From positions 1 through 35,411 of the IMG/VR virus record IMGVR_UViG_3300038956_000205: DNA of 35,411 bases. One strand, given 5' to 3'. Positions 9,901 to 17,193 of this stretch are shown here, in pieces. Below the pieces are notes generated by a model. It ran no database searches. It saw nothing but the letters and a program-made list of their open reading frames with translations, and had not been told where the DNA came from. The position numbers and the translations under genes were made by a program. This stretch comes from a virus. Position 1 is the first letter of the stretch; the number at the start of each line of letters is the position of its first letter.

Positions 9901-10656
9901 GATACTAGTAAGCTTATTAGCGATCCCCAGGTCACAAACGAAAGCGAGGAAAAATATAACTCTGTCATAGTTTATGGAGTCCTTAGCGAGAACGGGGAAA
10001 GTGTAGTCGCTCAAGCATTTTCTTATGAGGTCTATACAGGAGAACAAAAACCTAAAGTATATATTATTGAAGATAACGCGATCACGGAAAAAGGCAGCAC
10101 AGCCGAGCGTGAAGCCATAAAATGGCTCCTGTACTTCCTGGCTAAACGGGTCAAGGTCAGCATGTCTTTTGTGGACCGGTTCGACCTGGAGCTGTATCAG
10201 AGAATCCGTTTTGGACCGGGATTTTCAAACAAGCTGCAAGAGCTTACCAGCTCCACCCAGGTTCAGCAAGTCGCAGCCTGCGACCCCAGGGACGCCGAGA
10301 ACTCCACCCACTTAATAGACGTCTCAGGAGTCCCCCGCCCGGCATGGCTGCGGATTTCAGACATAAAATATCATAGTGAGTATAAACTAGAAACGGTAAC
10401 TGTCACTGCAATCACCGATAATATATATTCTATAGTTGACCCAATAGTCCCTGAGCCGTATAACGAGTACCTGAGCCCAGGATACTATAAACCGGTAATA
10501 GATGACCTTGTGGATACAACCCAGTCGATAGTAGAGGATAAGTTAGAAAAACAATTAACCCCTGAGAGCTGCACGGTCCTGAGCATAAACGAGGAAAATA
10601 ATACCGCAGTAGTGCAAACCGCAAGCGGAAAAATAGTAACGGTGTCCCTAGCATGA
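6940..10656 (+). CDS. large tail-tip protein: three DUF2341-like/lectin modules fused to a C-terminal hub (Tal-like) region
   Basis: Three repeats of 'W.Y...(P)GM..D.RD(I/L)R...W..(L/I)P...(Y)GNG'; two followed by 'FD.F(E)' lectin-like domains; C-terminal ~450 aa resembles a hub protein. Confidence 0.75.
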   Translation: MSINPYLAWKYKLEVHVTGFSTTGDFLANITLLYRPGMRADFRDIRASTKTGAKIPLFIESVTEFNQAFIWFKLPQNTDFFYLHYGNGGATSESDGKKVFTFFDHFEKLDSTVWRTIAGSATVSGSILTLQNTSQSSVLESYSTFPPNTVVEIKAQYNAGNRTIFGYRSYSSQKAAAWQSSAVGDANNQRFAHNGSTGNWDSDGVNRAGGSYYVYGVAHIVTGPLYYVNYTYRGTITDYIPGNVSLPVQFYCYSNTGPFRVDWVRVRDFDATLPTLTIGRKFTTQPKGFPWDNAITEANTRMGMYPSVNIKSFLKNINTKLGMKASVMFRRPLFYSPQLRSPYPRWKYKGEIELGEQESPARVRLPILPGMALDGRDLRYTDLDDKELKFNIFDTGLDFLDCWVEIPAGTTRIKFYYGNGVAKTKSDPSIVGVPQTETIVTVTPHIGGGGDVWQFPGWEYQQDVNLSATSSATGGEQILLSIPYRPGMTADGRDLRFYDLAGNKLSYFLETITSSTFSVWVKLPADHDKIIMVFGNGLATSESSASDVFDLFDDFEGSTLGSEWTLEGGTASVTNSTLVLGSTERNSLIRGSSTFGPGHILEMRMYHPNQNQTICGFWSASNQRACWLGASGTNYNDHTHTYNGSNSTIIDDGINRGGTTFHKYGITYEAGSVGFFVDDNYRRTMTVTTPSGSIPISFYSTVNKGNLVVDWVRVRKITNITGTLGKLTRKTGAIYYETTTETSIEIIPEIQLSHRPQWKTPQIYYEYIKLPSSFMGMAPGEPTFKERRELGDYAIVSCEVNRSINDAYMQLSTEFQNLTVPPEGSTIKHNAYDSHGDPHLLFHGKIVTNSPTHGHYSQTVKMHAADDSINLVTQPVPWVYQVIDTAVDTVPNWLVRILEPEKSGVYPKTLIDTNKEPKQFVFDPKTKKLEAIKELAKYAGCLYQTKLITREIDGHIITRPEFYFVPPERIDEPVNGFDLPAPLILDADTSKLISDPQVTNESEEKYNSVIVYGVLSENGESVVAQAFSYEVYTGEQKPKVYIIEDNAITEKGSTAEREAIKWLLYFLAKRVKVSMSFVDRFDLELYQRIRFGPGFSNKLQELTSSTQVQQVAACDPRDAENSTHLIDVSGVPRPAWLRISDIKYHSEYKLETVTVTAITDNIYSIVDPIVPEPYNEYLSPGYYKPVIDDLVDTTQSIVEDKLEKQLTPESCTVLSINEENNTAVVQTASGKIVTVSLA

Positions 10657-12140
10657 CTACGGTTTACGTTTCGAGCCTGGGAACTGATGAATACACCGTA
10701 GACGGAACAGCCGACGACGTCCAGATTAACCAGGCTCTTTTATACGCTCATAATAACGGGACAGATACCAGCCCGGTGACGGTTTATCTTCGAGGGCCTT
10801 TTACTTATGAGCTGGCCTCCTGGTTGTTAATTGGGAATAATACAATCCTTACAGGCGACCCAACCGCCAAGCTCAGGCTGAAAAATAACGCAGGCTGGGC
10901 GAACATCTACACAACGGAAGACCCAGGCACAGAGCCGCTTATTAAACAGAGGGTAAACCCTATCCGAAACGTCGAGGTCCATAACTTCGAAATTGACGCA
11001 AACAAGGACAACCAGCCCGGATACGTCCACGGAAAACTAAATTACATTATAATGTTTTTCACGAATGCCACAAATATTTCCATGCATGATATGTATATTC
11101 ACGATGGGCAAAGCGACGGCATGAGGATGGCAAATAGCAACAATCTATACTTTTTTAATAACAGAGTAGAGCGTATGGGTCACGATGGCTGTTTCTTTCT
11201 AAGGTCTCAGAATTTCTTGATTTTCGGGAATGTAACTAAAATAAGAACCAACAGCGCACACCGAGTTTATAATACAGGGCATGGCAAGATTTTTAATAAC
11301 TATATGGAGCCTTACGCTTTAAATTCCCTGGCTGGAAACCCTGGCATACAAATCGAGCACAGCGATGATACGTATGATATGTCAGGAATAGAAGTGTATG
11401 GGAACGAGATAGTTAACGCCTGGGGAGAAGGGATGTGGATAATCGAGTATGGTACAGGCTCAAATCAGAGTAATAAAGGGCTTCATGTTCATGATAATAT
11501 TATCCGTGGTGCTGGCAGGATTACCACAATTAATTATAATGCAGGTATTGCCGTCGGGGGATGGAATGGTGCAACCTTCGAGAGAAACACTATAGAAGAT
11601 TGCTATAACGCCGGATTTCTCGTTTATACGGCCGCAGGAGCTCAAACTACCCTATATGTAAAGGATAACGTAATCACAGGCACAAAAATTACCCTTAATA
11701 GCTCGAAACCTACCTGGACGGGTTACGGGATGGTATGCCCGAATGGATATAATACGACGATCCAGGCAACTGGAAACGGTCTTGATGGCAATGCTAGCGG
11801 GGATTACTATGGGAATATCATATATACTGATGCTATCCGGGTATCCTGCCGTATGGGGATGTATACAGCAGCTCCTACCCTGATAGATCAGCAGATCCCT
11901 GAAGAGGAAGCGGGTATAAAACCGGGTGATTGGGGCCTGGTCCTGCCTTCTGAGGGAGGGAAGTACAAATATATTTTATATCCTTTCAAAATGCCCAAGG
12001 TCGGCGAGCGGTGCTTAATTTATCCTGCACACTCAAGAAAGTATTACCTGCTTAAGCTGGCTCAGGGAGCCCAGCCAGGCGATAAGATCATCGCTATAAC
12101 GGACAGGAAGGGCCAGTCCTGGGGAGTAGTAGGAAATTGA
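10653..12140 (+). CDS. right-handed beta-helix (pectin-lyase fold) protein, disaggregatase-like; probable tail spike/depolymerase
   Basis: 'VQINQAL', 'GPFTY', 'IGNNTILTGD', 'GHDG', 'RTNSAHRVYN', 'PGIQIE' and Asn/Gly/Ile repeats; ATGA-coupled to the tail-tip gene. Confidence 0.8.
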   Translation: MTTVYVSSLGTDEYTVDGTADDVQINQALLYAHNNGTDTSPVTVYLRGPFTYELASWLLIGNNTILTGDPTAKLRLKNNAGWANIYTTEDPGTEPLIKQRVNPIRNVEVHNFEIDANKDNQPGYVHGKLNYIIMFFTNATNISMHDMYIHDGQSDGMRMANSNNLYFFNNRVERMGHDGCFFLRSQNFLIFGNVTKIRTNSAHRVYNTGHGKIFNNYMEPYALNSLAGNPGIQIEHSDDTYDMSGIEVYGNEIVNAWGEGMWIIEYGTGSNQSNKGLHVHDNIIRGAGRITTINYNAGIAVGGWNGATFERNTIEDCYNAGFLVYTAAGAQTTLYVKDNVITGTKITLNSSKPTWTGYGMVCPNGYNTTIQATGNGLDGNASGDYYGNIIYTDAIRVSCRMGMYTAAPTLIDQQIPEEEAGIKPGDWGLVLPSEGGKYKYILYPFKMPKVGERCLIYPAHSRKYYLLKLAQGAQPGDKIIAITDRKGQSWGVVGN

Positions 12141-12190
12141 ACTACCCCTTTTCTGGTAGGATTAGAGGCACTTTTCGCCGTGCTCATCAA

Positions 12191-12459
12191 ACGATCTCAG
12201 GCTTCCAGGTATAAACGCCTTAGACTGGTCGAGAAATGCGCTCTAAAAGCCTTAGAATAAACCGAGTTTGCCGGTAACGTTTTATTATGTGATCCAGAGA
12301 ACACCAGGAAATCCGTGATTTTATGCTCCACAACTTCCAGGAAAAGTCCCTCTAATTTTCAAACCAGGCTTAAGGACGTCGAGATCTAGGCACGATCTCA
12401 GGCTTCCAGGTATAAACGCCTTAGACTGGTCGAGAAATGCGCTCTAAAAGCCTTAGAAT
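12191..12459. repeat. perfect 68-bp direct repeat, two copies (12191-12258 and 12392-12459)
   Basis: ACGATCTCAGGCTTCCAGG...AAAAGCCTTAGAAT is identical in both copies, 201 bp apart. Confidence 0.97.
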
Positions 12460-12599
12460 GAACCTCTGCTACCGTCGTTGAGATTGATGTCGTTTCGGTT
12501 TATTATAGAAATCCACATCAACTTATATTTATCTCAGCACGAAATTAATTCAATTTTCTTTTTTATGTGCTCACCTGGATAAAACAATGTGATCCCACT

Positions 12600-12734
12600 A
12601 TGGTAAGAACCCTACAAAAAATGAGTAACGGCTGCATAAATTTCCTAAAAATGCTCGGAACGCTTACGGGCATTGGCTAACTTATTGTCGGTATTGCAGC
12701 GGCATTTACTGAAGCTCCGAAGGTTGGACCGTGA
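12600..12734 (+). pseudogene. small membrane-protein ORF interrupted by TAA (12678-12680)
   Basis: MVRTLQKMSNGCINFLKMLGTLTGIG*LIVGIAAAFTEAPKVGP*; a hydrophobic segment spans the stop. Confidence 0.35.
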
Positions 12735-12797
12735 GAAGATTCCAGTTTATTTCTTTTTTTTTCAAAAACGTTGACACTTATTTAATTGAGGTATAAC

Positions 12798-14168
12798 ATG
12801 ACTAAGATAGTTACAGTTCCTTTGTCTGTTGATGATTCTACAAAATTACAGAAGTTAATTAATTCGACTGGAAACACCCCTGCTAAATACGAATTTTCCC
12901 CAGATCACGAAATCGAAATAAACTCACTGCTTCGGGTTTTCAACTTCACAGAATGGGATGGGTAGGGCTGTAAGTTTGCACTCATGGAAAATGCGCCCCT
13001 TTCTCCATTTGCGTCTAGCGTTCCCTTGATTGCTCCAAAATATCCAACGGCAGCAGAAGGTCTTTGCTTCCACGATATAATCTTTGATGGCCGCCGGGAT
13101 ACCCAAAAATACGCAAAAGATGAGTGTAAATCGAGAGGGAAGAATGAGTGGGGGCAGGGATATCACAACACTTTCATGCTCGGTAGCTTTAATAATGTCA
13201 AATTTTCCAACGCGGTAAACTGTGAGTTTTACAATTTGGGATTTTACAACAGCCTGGGGGATGGAATAAGAATAGAGGGTGGAACTGATATTAGAGTCCA
13301 TGACATTATCGGGAAGCGTGGAGGCCATGATATAGTATGCCTTGCCGGAGTCAATGGCGGCGAAGTATCAAACGTCAACGCTAAGCTTGCCGTTAATGCA
13401 GGAGTAAGAACTCGATCAAGCAAGAATATTAAGATTCATGACTGCATCCTGGACGGAGCAACAGGGATAGCGTACAGTCCGGGTATTCAGATTCAATCGA
13501 CTGCCACAAACTGGATAACTGACAATATCGAGATCTACAATAATACAATTTCCGGGACTTACGGGCCGGGTATTCAGATCGTAGGTACAGTCCCAAATAA
13601 CGGACTTGTGTCCGTGCACAATAATCTTATCGTTGGCTGTGGAGCTATGCCTGCAGCTTCTAAGCTTCCAGGAGTCGGAGGTATTGCTTTTGATGGTATC
13701 TCGGTGGATATCCAGAACAATACGATTGATTCATGTTATGGGTACGGGCTTCTTGCTGGAAAGTATACACTTGCTTCGACCTATGCTGCAACTGCCCTGA
13801 TACGAAGGAATATTATTACGAATACTAAAAAAGCCCTGTATCCTGGCGTCGGTTCTGGCTCAGGAATCGCGGATCTGACAGCAGGCAGGTACAAAATTAT
13901 CGCAGAGGAGAACTGCCTCTGGGGCAACCTTACTGACCTATATAAAGTCATTCAAACGGACGGGCTGTATGTAGATCCTCAGTTTTCCGGCTTCGGAGAT
14001 TACCATCTGCAGCTTTCCAGTCCCTGCAGGTTCTCAGGCTATCAACTAGGTTGCTACGAAGACGCCGAGCAAGTGCCCGTGGAACTGCTCATTTCTCTCA
14101 AGGAAACCCAAATTCCCGAACTTATCAAACTACTCCCTAAAAAATACACAATATGGAGGAGACTATGA
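12798..14168 (+). CDS. second beta-helix polysaccharide-degrading enzyme candidate (paralogue of 10653..12140) with in-frame TAG at 12963-12965
   Basis: GAGGT RBS and ATG 12798 are in frame with track ORF 12984..14168; only one stop (EWDG*GCKF); 'GHD', 'NAGVR', 'SPGIQIQS', 'IEIYNN' parallel the first protein. Confidence 0.75.
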
Positions 14169-14692
14169 CAACTGTCATTGATTTGACATACACCTACACC
14201 ACAAAATACACACAGTACGACGAAAAAATCAGAACTCACGTACAGAAAACTGTCACGATCAATGGGCAGCCAGGAAAGAAAATCAGAATTGACAGTCTTA
14301 AGTGCACTCTCGCAGCTGAAAAGGAGGGTATTGTGGCCTCTGTACTGGTCACTGCGGAGGTAGCAGGTATCGACTATAGACTCGCCGAGTGGACAACCTC
14401 AAAAACTGCAGCACAAAATAAGAGCGCGTCACCTGCTTTTCTTGTGGATGAGGGAAAGGGTGTCGTCCTGCGGTGGCACTTAAAAACGTCCAATGCCGCG
14501 TACAAGGCAATTATGAAAGTTCCTGAATATTCGTACTCTTTCGTTGATGTCGAGAAGCCTGAGCCTGAACCCGAGAAGCCGGATCCGCAGTTTCTTGTCA
14601 CTGTCTCGTGTTCGTCAGAAACAGAGGCGAATGAACTCATTAAAACACTTAAAACTAGTACACAAGATTATACTATCTTTAAGCAGGCTTGA
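14165..14692 (+). CDS. hypothetical protein with PEPE linker and small C-terminal domain
   Basis: ATGA overlap with the upstream stop; 'KPEPEPEKPDP' linker. Confidence 0.65.
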   Translation: MTTVIDLTYTYTTKYTQYDEKIRTHVQKTVTINGQPGKKIRIDSLKCTLAAEKEGIVASVLVTAEVAGIDYRLAEWTTSKTAAQNKSASPAFLVDEGKGVVLRWHLKTSNAAYKAIMKVPEYSYSFVDVEKPEPEPEKPDPQFLVTVSCSSETEANELIKTLKTSTQDYTIFKQA

Positions 14693-14696
14693 AAAA

Positions 14697-14834
14697 ATGC
14701 ATACTGAACCAAAACGCTGCTATTGTTGCTCAGATTTCGAACCGGATGAATTCGACGATTTGATGTTTGGGAAATGTAGAAAAACAGGAAAAACGGTAGC
14801 ATGTAATCATATTTGTACACTTGGAGAAAACTAA
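14697..14834 (+). CDS. 45-aa Cys-rich (metal-binding) protein
   Basis: MHTEPKRCYCCSDF...GKCRK...ACNHIC. Confidence 0.55.
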   Translation: MHTEPKRCYCCSDFEPDEFDDLMFGKCRKTGKTVACNHICTLGEN

Positions 14835-14835
14835 C

Positions 14836-15147
14836 ATGGTAGACATGGTTGTATTATCTCAAATTGCAACCGGAGCATTTGCACTGCTCGCTGTTGCTAG
14901 TACTAGAATAGCTGTCAAATACAAACAGGAGATCGAGCAGGTCACAAAACTCAAAGATCTTGCCCTATATTCACTTGAAAAAATTCAAGTATTGGCAACC
15001 GAAGTCAAGAAATCACGGGACGCAACTAGCCCGGGTGGAAGTACGGTCACGCCAGAAGAAATGAAAAATTTCTATTATCTCACTACCAGTATTCTTGAAT
15101 CCGAGGAAGTAAAAGAGATCCTTTCCGAATATGGGGTGAGTAAGTGA
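14836..15147 (+). CDS. holin-like membrane protein (one N-terminal TM helix, coiled cytoplasmic tail)
   Basis: 'VVLSQIATGAFALLAVAST' hydrophobic; 'SPGGSTVTPEE'; located at the end of the late operon. Confidence 0.5.
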   Translation: MVDMVVLSQIATGAFALLAVASTRIAVKYKQEIEQVTKLKDLALYSLEKIQVLATEVKKSRDATSPGGSTVTPEEMKNFYYLTTSILESEEVKEILSEYGVSK

Positions 15148-15206
15148 AATTCCTAACAGAATTTTGGAATAAACTAAGGGACTTGTTCAACCGGTCGATT
15201 TCATGA
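15144..15206 (+). CDS. 20-aa amphipathic peptide MKFLTEFWNKLRDLFNRSIS
   Basis: GTGA overlap with the upstream stop, ATGA overlap with the downstream start, GGGGTGAG RBS. Confidence 0.6.
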   Translation: MKFLTEFWNKLRDLFNRSIS

Positions 15207-15598
15207 CTGCAGTAACAGTAGACATTGACAGTATAGGAGGTGCACTTGCAGGGATAATTTCGATCCTCGTCACACTCTTTGCATATCTCAAGTCGAGGGG
15301 ATATATCGACATCTGGAAAACGAAACTGTTTGATATCCCATCTCCTATTGCAGAAGAAGTGAAGCACCAGGATAATGATGTTGTCCTGATGAAACTACAG
15401 ATACCTGATGACGTACTCTGTGTCCTGCACTCCTTTGAGGTCAATGACGCGGGACAGGTTGTTTTGAAGGGGCATGGGCGAGTGAATACTCTGCTGAAGT
15501 TGAACCGCCCTCTCACAGATTCTGAGAAGGACGAAATTATAAAAATTGTTAGAAAAGTGTTAGTGAATTGTAAAAAAGAGAATTGTAAAAAAGAGTGA
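15203..15598 (+). CDS. membrane-anchored protein, possible lysis component
   Basis: N-terminal TM 'GGALAGIISILVTLFAYL'. Confidence 0.55.
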   Translation: MTAVTVDIDSIGGALAGIISILVTLFAYLKSRGYIDIWKTKLFDIPSPIAEEVKHQDNDVVLMKLQIPDDVLCVLHSFEVNDAGQVVLKGHGRVNTLLKLNRPLTDSEKDEIIKIVRKVLVNCKKENCKKE

Positions 15599-15625
15599 TG
15601 TTATTTTATTTATTTTTCTTTTTTC
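15599..15625. terminator. T-rich terminator between convergent units
   Basis: TTATTTTATTTATTTTTCTTTTTT after the last + strand late gene. Confidence 0.5.
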
Positions 15626-15676
15626 GGACACTGTGAGAGGCGTTTTAAAAGTCTTGATCAAGTTGAATGTATTGGT

Positions 15677-15820
15677 TTAAGCCTCCATAACTGCCAGTAC
15701 TTCTTCCATCACTGGGAACACACTTACCCTGTTGCAGGCAAATCTCATCTCGTCCTGTAGTGCCCTGGCTTTTTCGGGTGGAAGTTCGATAGTGGTCTTT
15801 TTTGAAAGGACTAGTTTCAT
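15677..15820 (-). CDS. 47-aa hypothetical protein
   Basis: MKLVLSKKTTIELPPEKARALQDEMRF...; GAGGTG RBS. Confidence 0.5.
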   Translation of the reverse strand: MKLVLSKKTTIELPPEKARALQDEMRFACNRVSVFPVMEEVLAVMEA

Positions 15821-15947
15821 ACTATTTTACACCTCATTCTCTTCTTCATCGTCAACCTGTCTCTTTACATCTTTATTGTCAGATCTGCCAAAACGTCACA
15901 CGAACATGAAAATTTTATTGTCGCCTCGCTAGGCAAATTTGAGATAT

Positions 15948-16202
15948 CTAATAGATACCCGTATGGATAGTCGTGTGTAGCTCCTCGCCCCCTTCAAGTA
16001 ATCTCTTATGTGACGGTCCAGGGAGAGCATCCTGCTCGTACTCCCTGTTTCTCAGGGGGAAATCTTCGCCCCGAAGTTCCCATGAGAACCCGTCGGGGTA
16101 TTTCAGAGTTATTTTCCCCTGGTTGAAGTTACAAAAAACGCATTCGGCTTTCAGGTTCTTTTTATTCTGGTTGTACCAGTCCCATATTGATTGTTTTATC
16201 AT
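15948..16202 (-). CDS. hypothetical protein (CxxC)
   Basis: 84 aa, downstream of the palindromic promoter at 16267-16301. Confidence 0.5.
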   Translation of the reverse strand: MIKQSIWDWYNQNKKNLKAECVFCNFNQGKITLKYPDGFSWELRGEDFPLRNREYEQDALPGPSHKRLLEGGEELHTTIHTGIY

Positions 16203-16266
16203 AGTTTGTGGCTCCGTGATTTTTTAAGTTGCTATGCCGCACTTTTTAGCTAAGTGCAATATACTA

Positions 16267-16301
16267 TAGTAGCCAATACTATATATAGTTTATGGCTACT
16301 A
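16267..16301 (-). promoter_or_regulatory. TATA box flanked by operator palindrome TAGTAGCCA-N17-TGGCTACTA
   Basis: Perfect 9-bp inverted repeat around TATATATA; near-identical copy at 20947-20979. Confidence 0.75.
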
Positions 16302-16319
16302 ACAATTAAAAAATAATAA

Positions 16320-16667
16320 TTAATGTAGGATTAGATAAATTGTATCAGTCTGCTGCATATCTTTAAAAAATTTAGTCCCGACCGACAGACGCTGGTTATT
16401 AAATGAGCTGTCTGAAATGTCGGAATATTTGTAAGTGATTCTTTTCCTGATGTCGGTTTCATTGATTTCTATTGAAGTGTCACAAAGAAGCGATGGTGAT
16501 TTTTTTAAGATAATTACATCTATCGTTTGCCCTGGCTGAATTCTGTTAACTACTGATCCAGCCGGGAGTCTACCTTCCTTAGATCTGGATTCTGGGATAT
16601 CAGAAGGTGATTTAATAGTGCAATGTTTGATATCCGAAATACAAACTTTAGATGCCATTGCATTCAT
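16320..16667 (-). CDS. hypothetical protein
   Basis: 115 aa, overlaps the end of ibrB. Confidence 0.45.
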   Translation of the reverse strand: MNAMASKVCISDIKHCTIKSPSDIPESRSKEGRLPAGSVVNRIQPGQTIDVIILKKSPSLLCDTSIEINETDIRKRITYKYSDISDSSFNNQRLSVGTKFFKDMQQTDTIYLILH

Positions 16668-17184
16668 CCCCTATTACATCCCACGACTGGCTAAATTCTG
16701 CATCTCTAAAAAGCTCTGCAAGCCCTCCTATCTGTTTTAGCCTTAGAACTTCGTCTGCATCCATCCCAAGCTTCTTAGCAATCCAAGAATCAGACTTACC
16801 GATACGGTGCAACTCTGCAACTATATTGCTCATCAGGTCAACGTCATGAGATCCCCTGGCCCGGTTGTGTCGGATGGTAGAAGCCATCCTTTCTCCAATA
16901 TCCTTGTCAATTACGACCACTGGGAGGAGTCCTTTTTCTCTCTCGTAAATTCGTTTACTCGTTTTCAAGATTGAGTAACGATGGAAGCCGTCAACTACGA
17001 TATAAACATCCTTCATAGAGTCGTAATAGGTAACTACAGGCTGAGTATATCCGTCTTCCCAGATTGAGAGCTCTAATAAGCGCATCTCGGGTGGCGGGAC
17101 ACGATTTGGGTTGTAATCATTCGCAATCACTTTTTCAACTGGTATAGCTCGAACTGCATAAACTGGGCTTATAAAGTCTGACAT
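16648..17184 (-). CDS. ibrB: IbrB-like ParB/Srx domain protein
   Basis: 'ANDYNPNRVPPPEMRLLELSIWEDGYTQP', 'VDGFHRY', 'STIRHNRARGSH'. Confidence 0.9.
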   Translation of the reverse strand: MSDFISPVYAVRAIPVEKVIANDYNPNRVPPPEMRLLELSIWEDGYTQPVVTYYDSMKDVYIVVDGFHRYSILKTSKRIYEREKGLLPVVVIDKDIGERMASTIRHNRARGSHDVDLMSNIVAELHRIGKSDSWIAKKLGMDADEVLRLKQIGGLAELFRDAEFSQSWDVIGDECNGI

Positions 17185-17193
17185 AATCACTCC

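Noticed and set aside
6940-12459. Diversity-generating retroelement targeting the adhesin or spike
   Set aside because: No reverse transcriptase in the window; the only long repeat pair is identical, non-coding and lacks adenine-specific mismatches
12191-12459. Mini CRISPR array
   Set aside because: The repeat (68 bp) and intervening sequence (133 bp) are far outside CRISPR sizes, and there are only two copies
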